From positions 5,704,001 to 5,768,000 of the forward strand of contig NC_043005.1 in assembly GCF_006345805.1 (NCBI RefSeq): DNA of 64,000 nt, read 5' to 3'. Under the pieces are notes generated by a model, which saw nothing but the letters and a program-made list of their open reading frames with translations, did not search any database and was not told the DNA's origin. Source of the DNA: Octopus sinensis. Its lineage: Eukaryota. Below are positions 1-12,059 of the stretch, one piece after another. The translations under genes were made by a program, and so were the position numbers. The stretch's first letter is position 1; every line of letters begins with the position of its first letter.

Positions 1-180
1 TGCGCAGGTGAAGTTTGTTCTAATGGTGAACTGGTGGCCTTGTTCCAGTATAAATTCTGATCCTTCTTTCAAGATGACACAGATTCCGCAGTTGGGCCTT
101 CCACATTTTCTAACTGCTGGTTTTGTGGTTGATGTTGAGTGCAGTGTAGCTTGGGTTAAAATCCTTTTCAAGGATTTTGG
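1..180 (-). mobile_element. Penelope-like element fragment (Cys-rich linker leading into the GIY-YIG endonuclease; runs off the window edge)
   Basis: Manual minus-strand translation: PKSLKRILTQATLHSTSTTKPAVRKCGRPNCGICVILKEGSEFILEQGHQFTIRTNFTCA. The C-x4-C-x2-C...F-T-C pattern precedes the GIY motif in PLEs. No ATG, so absent from the ORF track. Confidence 0.7.
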
Positions 181-279
181 ATATATATATATCCACTCAC
201 ATACATGCATGTGCACGTGCACATACACCTCTCTCTCTCTCTCTTTCAAATATATATCATCTGTGGCTCATATATCCAA

Positions 280-467
280 AAAAGAAGCCAGAGTTCTATA
301 TAAATGGGAGCAGACAATGCAAGCTTTTTATAGCAGAGCGAGCAAGGATCCTTAAAAATTCATGGGACCTGGAATCTCTCTTGAACACAAGACATGAGAT
401 CTATAGTTCCTGCCCCCATTTCAAACTCTACCTGCTGCAGGCTTGGGAGTCCCTGTTTGTCGATTAG
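280..467 (+). mobile_element. Penelope-like element ORF C-terminus
   Basis: End of ORF 177..467, YINGSRQCKLFIAERARILKNSWDLESLLNTRHEIYSSCPHFKLYLL, fits the CxLCLxEK..IL..LLNxRxEI..xCxH terminus of PLE GIY-YIG ORFs. Confidence 0.6.
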
Positions 468-1080
468 AGCTGAAAAAAGTCCTTGCAGACCAGAAACGAG
501 TGGTGATTCACTGTTAATCCTTTGGGTCCATACGATTTGTCATCCGGACTGGTCTAAGGGAGATAACTCAATCTGTTTAAAGCTCCATCAGTGTATATTA
601 TTCTTGGTTTATAAATTAACTGACTGCAACGGTTTTCTACTTTCAGTTAGAAGAGAGATTATATGCCCTCTGTCATTAGAGTCTCACGAGTTGTCTATAA
701 ATCTAAGCGCTTTATAGATGCAAAATCATTGGTCACTCTATGATCAGACATATGTTTAACTGCATGTGTGTGTATATATATATATATATATAGTTTCTGT
801 ACATGTGGTTGCTCAAAAGACTTTGAACAGAATAAACCTAACCACACATGCCCACCCTCTCACTCACTCGAATAAATGTTAACAAAGCAATTTTGTATGT
901 ATATTTCAATTTGCCCTATCTTAGTGGGTTTACAGCCAGCTTTGCACACATATCGTTCAACTTCCTTCCATACATGTGTATCCAGGGGAAAAAAATAATA
1001 ATTTTCATGTTTTGGGTCCGGTAATAAGTACAAACAAAAATAAATATTAATCCAAAATATGAACATATGATTTTAATCGT

Positions 1081-1193
1081 CAGAAGTTACAAAAGTAATT
1101 CAAGCACCAAGAGTTTCGTGCATGGCACTTATCAAACTTTAAGAAGTGCCCGTGTACGATACTCTCAATCCTTAAGTCACTTTGTAACTTCTG
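1081..1193. repeat. 113-bp imperfect palindrome (foldback/MITE-like)
   Basis: Outer arms cagaagttacaaa / tttgtaacttctg (13 bp exact); inner arms agagtttcgtgcatggcactt / aagtgcccgtgtacgatactct; 13-nt spacer. Confidence 0.8.
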
Positions 1194-3934
1194 CCAATTT
1201 AAAATTTTGTTAAATGTTTGTAATATATATATATATATTATCCAAAGTGTACAGTATTATATATCCATCATGGATATGTACATTTCAAATAATATAGCCA
1301 CTCTATCGACAGATATATCAGTGCATCTTTTTCCTGATTTATGGACATGTAGATGACTTACCTGTGTATGTGTGTGTAATGAATATGCATTTTACCAACA
1401 AATGTATAAAACCATTTCATATGCTAAATAATAAAAAAATACCTATAGTTTTTGTTTTATTAGCTAACCATGTGTGTTACAATGATCATAAATCTATAGG
1501 CAACCTTCTTATTGCACATTATCTCACACACAAGCAATGTGTTTCACATGTTGCTCATGCTGGTAGATGGAAACTAAAACAATAAATGGAGTGAGTGAGA
1601 TGGTGAATTGCAGTGACAGGTTTTGCTCTGAACTCGCTGGTATTCAAAATGGACTATCTTTCGGAGATGGTACATGATACCATTCATCCACATGTAGCAA
1701 GAATATTCAGTAATCACAGATGTCGTGATTCTCTGGAATGTTGCCCACATGATCAATGAATATGACCAATTGCAACTTCACCAGGAAAGAATATTACCCA
1801 CATAATCAACAATATCCAGCCAATCATGAGTTCACATGGAATAGGCTCCAGTGACCCATATCAATTTCTGGTGCGCGCCTTTTGGAGTCTCTCAATTGGT
1901 ATAAAATGAAATACACATGCGACACCACCCAGAAAGTTTTGGAATGTAGCAGAAAGAGCATGAGACAAGGTACGTGGATGGTGAACAGAGACGGCAGAAC
2001 TGAATCAAGTTGATATCATCATAAGGAAGAATCGGCCAGTGACATAACAACTAGCAGTAAACTTTTCAAATACTATTACAATAACATCCACACTCTCTTA
2101 AGAGATATAAAGTTCTTTCATGAAAACCTTAACAGATTTCATTTTTTTTTTCTATGTACAACTGACCTCCAATGCTAGAAATAAAAGCCAGCATCCCATA
2201 GCCAACAATCAGCTCCTAGTGTTTAGCCAATCAGCTCAAGCACAAGTGATATTCTTTTATACCAGCCATATACATAATCTTCTCTCATATACAAAGAGTT
2301 TAGGCTGAAAAAGAGGATGAATGACATCTTCTCATACTGACACTCTGAAGGCCATATCGATGGATCGCATTCAAAATGAAAGTGCAAATTTTTATTGTTA
2401 ATTATCTCTCTCTCTCTTTCACACATGCACAAACACACATACATATTCCTTTTTTCTCATTCATTTGTTTTTGCCACTCTTGGCAGAAACACTTATTACA
2501 AGTAAAGTTTTTGACTAACTACAGCTGCATGAGCAATGTTTCCAAGTCTGTCTTTGAAATGGGAAATAGTTGACAAAACTGATTACAGTGATCTTTCTAA
2601 GAAATGTAAATAAACGTGTGTGCACACATTCACACACATGCTTAGACGTATGTATAAATATATGTGTGTATGTATGCATATATGAATGTGTGCATATATG
2701 TCTATATAATGTGTGCACGTATATGTATATATGTGTGTGTGTGTGAATTTATATATATATATATATATGGATCGAAACAATTTGATTGAAATTCATTGGT
2801 ACTCTTGAGTTTCAAGTGTGATGCTAGTCTTCAGCTGTTTTGAATTTGAATGACAGAAGTTGATTATTATTATTGTAAGGTGGGCTGCGATTGGTCAAGG
2901 AAGGTCACGAGGTGTCGTGGTTTGCTGTGGTATATTAGTAACAGTTAGTTGGAAAATACCATGTGATGGATAGGTTGTTGGATGGGATGTAGGAAGGGGC
3001 AGTATGTACAAGTATATAACTGTATATGTGAGTGTGTAGACATGCTCATATGGTTTTGCATGCATATCTGTATTGATGCAAACATACATATGAATGATCA
3101 TGTGCACACATACATGCACATACACACACAGGCATACACATGTACTCACACACACATGCATACACATGTATATAGTCATGCATGCATTCGCATAACAAGC
3201 ATTGGGGATTGGTAATTGGTGGTCCTGCTCATGGGGTTGGTTGGTGAGGGTGACCTTGGTGCAGGTGATGTGGAGTTGAAGCTGGTACTAAGGTGGTACA
3301 TCTGGGCTGTCGGCAATCAGAAGTCTGAAATTTGCCAGAAGGGCATACCTCTGGTGACAGCAATAAGATAAATCATATTTCTTGTTGGGTTGTTGGAGGA
3401 TATGCAGTTTTTCACGGAGGCAGAGCTGGCAGTTGGGGGCGCCTGGTGAATATGGCAGCACTCAGTGCTTTTTACTAGCACAGGCAAGATTATTTTTGGG
3501 ACGATTTTTACAGCTGGATGCATTTCCAATTACCAACAACATTACAGTGTGGGCTGGATGTTTCTATCGTGGAACCAGCACTGGTAGGGTAACATGAGAG
3601 GGAAGAGAGAGAGAGTTGGGAGTTACCATTGGTTTCGTATCTATTATGCTCTCAACAATATAGGCGGCTTATCAGACCTACTGGCTGGAGGCACATAAAC
3701 TCTCTCCTACTGGAGATAGGAATACAGTCTTGTCAGTCAGCATTGTGAAAAAAGAACCCCAAAATGAAGTTCTGTTAAGCGATATCCCTTTTGGGCAAGA
3801 TGAAGTTATCTCCCTTTGACTGACTCCAGTTTTCCAGTTGCATCCCCCAAAAAAAAAGTATCAGCATATGCACGATTCCTGTTTTCTAGTCAGTAAACAG
3901 GGAATTCCATATCTCTAACATGAATATAGACATT

Positions 3935-4985
3935 GTGTGTGTGTCTAAGGTACATATTTAATGCCTTTTCAACTCTATTCATTATTTCTTGTAGTCCGGC
4001 TTCAGTCTTGGCAAGTAGAACCGTATCATCTGTGTACTTTAGATTAGAAATATGCAAGTCATTTATTTTGATGCCATCTTCTTGTATTACTTCTCACATT
4101 ATCCTCTCAGTGTAGATGTTGAACAAGCCTGGGGAAAGAATACAACTCTGACAAACTCCTTTCCCATTTTTGAACTTTTCTGTATTCTCATTATTTACTT
4201 GGATGCAGGACTCTTATTGAATGTTTAAGCTGCTTGATGAGTCCAATGAGTTGTTTCAGAATGCTGAAATTAGACATGATGCACAGTCATAGGCCTTTCT
4301 GCAGTAGATTTTGTAAAGGAAAGTTGCATGGTTGGTTCTAAAATTGTGTGGAGATTGTGCAGATGACCTGTCTGCTTTTAAAGCCAGCCTGTAATTTAGT
4401 TATTTCTTGTTAAAGGAAGGAATGGTTTCAAATATTCTAGGACAGTACTTGTATGTGGTATCAGAGTGATTGTTTGATAATTCTCATGCATAAGTAGGTT
4501 TCCCACTTTGTGTATGGGCACATATTCTGCAGTGCACCAATCTGACAGCATCTCTTCCTCTCTCTAGATCTTACAGCAGATGTAATGGAGTTTTGGTATT
4601 ACACTCTCTCCTCCACCCTGTTCAACTGGCATTGTATTAAGACCTGTTGCTTTCTGATTCTTTTATCTTTTTGAACTCTTTCTACCTAAGTTCTTAGTAG
4701 TTCAAGTTCTTTCTTATACTCCAAATTAGTGTCAATCATGGTGACCATTGGATCACTTTCATACAATTTCTTGGTGTACTCTAACCATCTTTGCACTACT
4801 TGTTGTGCTGCTGTTAAAATTCTTCCTTCTTGTGAATTGATACTGACCATCTTTGCAGAGTATTCCTCTTTGAGTTCCTTCACCTATTGGAAAAGACCTT
4901 TTGAGCTATGGTCTCTTTTTGTTCCTGATTTTCATACAAATTGCTTATCTAGTTGTTTTTATCTTTCTGACATTGTTTGTTACTA
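3935..4985 (-). mobile_element. Degenerate RTE-clade LINE: EN-RT linker and RT up to just past YADD
   Basis: Minus frames give KELKEEYSAKMVSINSQEGRILT...QRWLEYTKKLY and GKGVCQSCILSPGLFNIYTERIM...ISNLKYTDDTVLLAKTEAGLQEIMNRVEKA, with stops and frameshifts. Confidence 0.85.
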
Positions 4986-5680
4986 TTCTGATTGTCAAAA
5001 CTGAAGCAACACTACAAGAAATGGTAAATAGTTGAGAAAGCATCAAATAAGCATGGTTTTTATCTTAACCATAAGAAAACAAATGTCATGGTATTAGGAA
5101 AAGAGGAAGTAAATGCTAACATCTATCTGGGCAGTGAGATGTTCAAACAGGTTGAATTGTCCAAGTATCTTGGAGCACAAATCATTGATGAAGCCACATG
5201 TAAGAAAAAAAATTGAGACACAGCTAGCCATGGCAAGAATGTTCATGGAAAAACTTAACATCTGGAGCAGTGAAAGTGTCCCAACTAAGTTAAAAAGAAA
5301 GCTGTTGCGAGAATTCCTTTGGCTAATAGGTATGTAGGGTTGCAAAGCATGGACTATGAACTAATTTGAAGAGTGAGTGTATAGGAAAATATTATGAATC
5401 TCTTACAAGAACCATTGCCAAATGAATGAGTGTTACAAGTAGGTGAAAGATGACAATCCTGAACAATGTAAAAAAAGCAAAAGTTCAATTGTCATGGCCA
5501 TATTTGAAGAAGCAGAGGTATGGAAAACATGATTATGAAAAGAAAAAGTAGAGGGTGGAAGATCATGAGGCAGGTAAAGAACACAATACATGGTTGGACA
5601 AAAGTGACAAGACAGCTGGAGAACTCTGGCTTAATCAGGAAGATTTAACTTGATTGATACATGAGTTCATCAACTCAGAG
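4985..5680 (+). mobile_element. Degenerate RTE-clade LINE: RT C-terminal part
   Basis: Plus frames give LIVKTEATLQEMVN...LNHKKTNVM...FKQVELSKYLGAQI...IETQLAMARMFMEKLNIWSSESVPTKLKRKLLR, i.e. the region after YADD. Confidence 0.8.
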
Positions 5681-5885
5681 GGATGAAAGGCAAAGTTGAC
5701 CCTAGTGGAATTTGAATTCAGAAATTGATGAATCAGAAGAAACACCACTAGGCATTTATATTATTATTTTCTATTTCAGAATTATTTTATCTGTTCAGTC
5801 TGAACAGTTACCATATTCCAAACACCAAACAGAATAACAGGGATGGAGTGCCACTAGCCTTATTGTTTGTTTCTTCAGCTTTACA

Positions 5886-5991
5886 ATGCCTTTTTCAAAT
5901 TTTAACTTCAAATACTCAAAATGGCGTGGAATTTCCGTTATTTTAGGCGGCATAATTGTACATTTGGCTCTGGGAAGCAGCTATATTATCG
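5886..5991 (+). CDS. OFA-like MFS transporter, coding exon 1
   Basis: Acceptor ttcttcAG at 5877-78, ATG at 5886 (A at -3), MPFSNFNFKYSKWRGISVILGGIIVHLALGSSYII+g, donor GTAAGT at 5992 (phase 1). TM1 resembles OFA-family N-termini. Confidence 0.9.
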
Positions 5992-6419
5992 GTAAGTGTT
6001 ACATTGTTTTTCCTTAGGTTTGTTCTGTTCCAGTTGACCTATGATCAAAAAGGTCTTCTGAACAGGTTTTTTTCTACCATTCCATGTTATTTTCAGACAT
6101 AGTATATCCAGGACTATATTAATGGAGCATTTCTTTAAGATGGTTGGATATAATTTAATAGATTTAGCTTTCATTTATGGCTGATCAAGTAACCATGTAG
6201 AAGCTTCCTCATTGGTTCAAAACAATATTGATTTTGCAGTCTTGTGTCAGCTCTTTTTGTGCAGAATGCTGTTGTTGTTATTTCTCTTTTGCAGTGTAGG
6301 CATAGCCAAATAGTTAACAAGCTTTGTACATATGAAGTCTTGAACTCTGTCTCACTATATAATGCTTTGGAGAAATGTTTTCTGTCACAGTCTCAATTTG
6401 GCCTTGGCCCTTATGATGG

Positions 6420-6962
6420 AAATCATAAGCCGCTCTCCAGCCATCTATTTAAAACTGTATACAGCTATGGTACGACCACACTTGGAATTCGCATCATCAG
6501 TTTGGAACCCCTATCTTGCTCAGAACATTGACCTCCTGGAATCTGTCCAGAGACGTGCAACCAAACGCATACCCTCCATCAGACACCTACCATATTCTGA
6601 GCGCCTTGTTTCCCTGGGCATGGATTCACTGAAGCTCCAGCGTCTGGCGACAGACTTGGTAAACACCCACAAAGTTATCAACCACCTCACCAACAACAAC
6701 ACTGAACACCTTTTTGATCTCCATGTGTCTAGCACACGTGGACATGCCTACAAAGTCAGAAAACAACACAGCTCCCATGACTTTCGGAAACATTTTTTCA
6801 CGCTCAGAGTTGCTGAAGCATGGAATAAACTGCCTGCGTCAGTTGTTGACTGCCATGACACTGCATCCTTTAAGGCCCTCATGCTTTCCGAAATCCGCCG
6901 AAACTACACCTGATTATATATACACTTTAGATGAGTTGTAGTGCACCTGAGCACTGTACACA

Positions 6963-6994
<32 letters not shown>
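6420..6994 (+). mobile_element. 5'-truncated CR1-group LINE with (TTA)n tail
   Basis: ORF 6362..6913: LYTAMVRPHLEFASSVWNPY...LESVQRRATKRIP...RGHAYKV...FFTLRVAEAWNKLP; short 3' UTR with a tagtgc/gcactg hairpin; (TTA)n tail at 6963-6994. Confidence 0.9.
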
Positions 6995-6995
<1 letters not shown>

Positions 6996-7092
6996 AATTG
7001 TGAGACAGTCTGTATGAAACTTAGTCAGATGGACTGTTCTTGTAATTCAAAATTGTTCTTTCTTGGACACTAATTTCAAAATTAATAATATA

Positions 7093-10000
7093 GAGTAATG
7101 CCTCACTTTACGAGGACCCACTTTACTAGGCACTGGGTTTGTGAGTTTAGTTTTATAATAAATATTAAAAAATCAAATAGTCATTTTGTGGAGTAAAGCA
7201 CCAGCATAAAATTTCTGTGTCTTAGTTTGCATGTGTGCTTTGTTGAAAGAAATTATTATAAGCTAATTCTTTGTGCCACATATTTTATATTGTATGGTTG
7301 AAGGGTAATTGACTGGAAGGGAGAAAGAGAGATGTTGCAAGAGGATCGGTGAGTGACACTTTTTTACAGTGTCTGTAGAAGAGGCAAGTCATGTTGCTAT
7401 CAGTAATGTGAAGTGATTCAAGCTGGCAAGAGAATTTTAAACCTGCCCAATATGTCTAAACAAAAGTTTATAACAGACACTGATGGAAACAAAAAGCCAT
7501 CACTTTGGAAACAATGTATAGAATTGTAAAAATGCATGATGGTGGTACAATTGTGAAAAACATTTGCGACAAATTTTCACTTAATTCATCAACTGTCTGC
7601 ACAGTTCTCAAAGAAAAACAAAGATATTTATCTCAAGTGAGAAATGCACAGCCTTTGCAATCAACCTGGGCTTGTAACAAAAAGATGCTGGAAGCATTAT
7701 TTCGAAAATGGAAAAACTTTGAAATGAAATATCAAAACACAATGTATGCATATGAATGTTAATCAAGCATCAATTTGTAGCAAAGCATTGTCTCTTTTCA
7801 GTATGCTTAACCCCTTAATGGATCAATTATTTTGACATGGCATTTCATTTCAGAGCATATTTTTTTTTCCTTTTTTTAATTATATACACTGTGTTAATTA
7901 CAAAAAAAATGTTTTTTATCTTCTTTCCATTATTTTTTATTATAGAAATTAAAATGTACTTTTACTCATTTGGATTTAAACGAGTTAACTCGGACATTGG
8001 AAAAATACATATAACTTAATTATCTTCAATTTTTTATAAGATGTATTGCTTTTAAATCAATGAAAATTTTTTTTTAAATGAAATAGATAGTTTATTTAGA
8101 ATGATAATTTTTAAAACAAGGAGTTACACACAAAGTTATCTTGCAGACATCACACATGTATCTGCTTTCTCTTCGAATCAGACAAGCAATTGATTTCATG
8201 CTATGCATGTGCATCTATCTGATTATCTTCTTTGTTGTCTTCTGAAAAATTGTCAGAGTCTGAACTAGACATGTCTAATTCATTCCCAGAGCTTTCCAGA
8301 TCGTGAAATGAAAAATCGCTTCCGTGATCGCTGAATATATCTAAATCTTCATCCATTTTGAGAAAAAAATGCGTAAATAATTCTCTTATTTGTATAAATA
8401 ATAGGGAATCAAAAAGAAACAGTTCTAAAATGACATCAACCTCCTCCTGAATCTGAGTATGCACTAAAGTAAAAGTTCAAAACTCAGAAGCATAAATTCT
8501 TTGAAATGGCGCCAGAATATGTGCTGCCAGGTGTACGTCAACGCGAGTAAATTCATGATTGCTCAAAAATGAAACGACATAAAACAAATAAACTCGTTTG
8601 AGTGCTAAAATTAAAAGTTAATTTTGACCAAGTATACTTGTCTGATTCTAAAAAGATACATTTGTGAAGCACAAGTGAACTTGGGATAATCCATTAAGGG
8701 GTTAAAGAAATGAAAGGTGACACAAACAAAACTTTTGTTGCAAGCAGAGGATGGTTTGGTTGATTTAAAAATCAACATGGGTGGTATTTTGTCAAAGTGC
8801 AAGAAGTGTCAAGCACTGATGTTGATGCAGCAGAAAAATTTCCAGAAACATTGGCAGAAATAATTGAAGTGGGCTTACATGCCACAACTGATTTTTAATG
8901 TCGATGAAACAGGTGTTTTCTGGAAACATATGTCATCCAGAGGTTACGTTGATAAGAATCTGTGTTACCTGGTTTTAATGTTGCAAAAGATCAACTGACA
9001 TTATTATTTGGAAGAAATGCATCTGGGGATTTAAAATTAAAAGCAATGCTAGTTTATTGAGTGGAAAATCCTAGGGCACTTAAAGATGTCTTAAATAATA
9101 CCCTTCCAGTCATATGGAAATCTAATAAAGAAACTTGGGTTACGGCAACATTATTTGGAAAATTGTTTTCATATCACTTTGTGCTGGAAGTTAAGAAATA
9201 TTGTGATAAGAACGAACTTCCATTTCATGAAATGTTGCTTATTGAAATGCACCTAGCTACCCTCCAATTCTGCAACGTCTCCATTCTAATGTCAAAGTTA
9301 TTTTTTTGCAACCAATGGACCAGAGTGTTATTGCAACTTTTAAAGCTTATTATTTACACTACACATCTGCAGTACTGAATGAAGAAACGAAGAAGAAGGA
9401 AAATCACATTTATACCACAGTAAAAGTTATAGGAAAAGTGTGAGATGATACCACTCAAAACAATATGAAGGGTATCTGGAAAAAAACTTTGCCCCAATTT
9501 CTTAATGATTTTGAGGGTTTTGAATCACTATGAGAGAATGTACAAAAAGAAACAGAAAAAATTGTAAACCTGGCAAATGAATTGAATCTCAACATGTTAG
9601 CAAGTGATATAGATGTGCAATGAAGAATTTATTGCAATGCTGAAGCAGGCAACAATAGAAGAGGAAAAGGACAGTTGAAGAAATGCCAGTTAATGCATTC
9701 ATATTGAAAAGACTCATGGAAGAATCTCAACATTCGGATAAGGTCTTGGAAATTTTTCAAGCTCATTATCCAAATTTTGAATAAAGTGCAAAAGTTTCTA
9801 CTACCATAACAAATGCTTCTGCATGTTTCCAAAAAATAGAGAGAGAGCAAAAAAAAAGCTTCTAAGCAAACAACTCTAGAGTTGTTTTTTAAAAAAGAAA
9901 TCTACAAGTGATTGTGAATCAGTGACTGTGTCTACAAGTGATAGTGTGCATGAGTCTAGTATGAGTGTGTGTGATTGATTCCAGAGTGAAATATTGATTC

Positions 10001-10380
10001 CAGTGACATCTGGTCTGCTTAGGGATTATGGTAAGGATACATGTGGAATACAGTGCCAGATGAAAGGCCTTTGGCTGTTCCACTTGTGAGGTCCCTCACA
10101 GTTCCCCATAAACCTTGGCCAGAGCCCCTTAGATTTTGAGGCCTTGGTCTTCAATAAGTAAGAGCAGTCCAGTTGATCATATAATAGAAATGCATGTTGT
10201 TGAAACTGACACTAACTTGAGATATACTTTAATTTTGTTTTCTTTCTTGTTTGCCTAGTGAGAAAAATGAAGTGAGAGTGAGGGTAAAGGTCTTCCTTAC
10301 ATTTATTATTGTCCTAAGAGGCAAGATCATAATGATTTACTATTGCCATCACCACAATATGACCAACTGAGGCATTACAG
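7093..10380 (+). mobile_element. Degenerate Tigger/pogo DNA transposon
   Basis: CENP-B-type HTH (AITLETMYRIVKMHDGG...CDKFSLNSSTVCTVLK), FVASRGWF, IFNVDETGVFWK and QPMDQSVIATFKAYY across frames; residual TIR gtaatgcctca (7095-7105) / tgaggcattac (10368-10378). Confidence 0.85.
7811..8701 (-). mobile_element. Non-autonomous piggyBac-type element (891 bp) nested in the Tigger
   Basis: TTAA at 7807-10 and 8702-05; exact 13-bp TIR CCCCTTAATGGAT; internal acidic Ser/Asp ORF 8201..8464 resembling a piggyBac transposase N-terminus. Confidence 0.9.
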
Positions 10381-10479
10381 GGTGGTGATATTTATTATAG
10401 GCAGTATAACAGTAGTATACTTGGCTCTGAAGAAACAGTTATATGATTGATGAGTTTATAAATGATTTCAAACTTTGGT

Positions 10480-11700
10480 ACCAGCAAGTTTGAGAGAAGA
10501 GTGTTAGTCAAAGCCATTAGCACCAATAATTTTTTTTATCAACCCTGAAAGGATAAAAGGTAAATTTGACCTTGGTGGGAATTGGAATCAAAATGTAAAG
10601 AACCAGAGGAAAAGCACTTACTCTGCTGGGCTAATAATTCTGCTAATCTATCACCTTAAATGTTGTTATTGTTTAACTACTGGTCAACCATGAACATGTA
10701 GACCTGTTATTAATGGAATTCCAGCTATGACCATCTTGTCTCTTTCCAGGTAGTATGTAACTTTAGATTACATTATCTAATAATTTCATTTTTTCTTTGT
10801 TTTAGTTAGTGATGATGAGGGGGTAATTTAAGAAAGATTTGGTTCTTATTTCTAGAAGTTCAAACCACCATGTTGGGGCTCTCTTATTGGCCTTTATTAT
10901 AAACATTACTGTTTGGATTGCAGGAAAAAGTAAGCTAAGTACCTCACTGTATTTTATTGGCCATTTATGTTGTCCAATTCCCACCTTTCATCGTTTTGGG
11001 AATCGATAAACACTTGTTTCTTTCTCAAAAAATTTCTTAACTTCTTTCTATGTGAGAAATCAAATTTTACTGCTTTGTGGGAAGAATGATTAGGAGTATC
11101 AATGTCTTCCCATCACCAATTTTTTAGACAGTGGGATAGGGAAAATATTTTTTTCTTTCTTTTGTTTCTTACTCCAGTCAGTATTTTTGAGGGAAGGATT
11201 AGTCAATACCATTGACCTCAGTGCTTAAGTGATGCTTTATGTTATTCTGAAAGGAGAGAGGCAAAGTTGACCTCAGAACAACATAAAATGCTAGAAGAAA
11301 TATTGCTAAGTATTATTTCTGGTGGTCTTATGATTTTTACCAATCCACTGCCCTTAATGGTTTCAGATTTAATTTCAAGACCAGCAGTTTTGAAAGGAGA
11401 GTTTAGTTAATCCTATTGTCCACAGTATAAGAGTGCTACCTTATTCTATTGACCCCAAAAGGGAGAAAGATAAAGTTGACCTTTGTGGGATAAGAGTTCA
11501 GGCTGTAAAAAAACAGAAGAAATACTACAAAGTATTTCTTCCAATGCTCTATTGATTTTGGTATAAGGCCATCAATTTTCAGAAGAGGTAGTTGATGCCA
11601 TTGACTTCAATACTTGACTAGTATTTTATTTTATTGGCCCCAGAAGGGTAAAATGCAATGTTGACCGTATTGGAATTTGAATTCAGAATGTAGAAGTTTT
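10480..11700. mobile_element. Cluster of old SINE-type remnants
   Basis: At least four decayed copies of gaaaggNaaagttgacctNggtggaatttgaaNtcagaa...; another copy at about 5684-5755. Confidence 0.55.
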
Positions 11701-11779
11701 CTTTTTCTTTTTAACAATAACAACAATATTATTATTGATGAGCATGGTGTCTACTAAAGTCTCTTTTCTGCAATTTCAG

Positions 11780-11969
11780 GAAATTTTTCCACCTATTTCA
11801 TTTCATATATGCGTATGCGTAATGTTTCCCCGGACATTCAGTATACTGATACCATCTGGATTGTGTCAGTTGGCACTATTACTACGGGGTTCACAATGTT
11901 TTTGTCAGGGATCTTGGAGAAGCGACTTGGTTCCAGAATCACCATACTATTAGCAGGTTGGCTCATGAG
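11780..11969 (+). CDS. OFA-like MFS transporter, coding exon 2
   Basis: tttcAG|ga...ag|GTAATA, 190 nt; GNFSTYFISYMRMRNVSPDIQYTDTIWIVSVGTITTGFTMFLSGILEKRLGSRITILLAGWLMS, containing an MFS motif-A-like GILEKRLGSR. Confidence 0.95.
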
Positions 11970-12059
11970 GTAATATCTTAATTTACATTACTTGTTTTTT
12001 CATCTTTTTTTCTTTGAAATAATGAGAGTGATTTTCAGAAGAAATTACCAACAAAAACC

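Noticed and set aside
1860-1975. Possible 5' UTR exon ending at AAG|GTACGT (GT at 1970-71)
   Set aside because: A donor-like hexamer and a few CpGs are not enough without transcript data.
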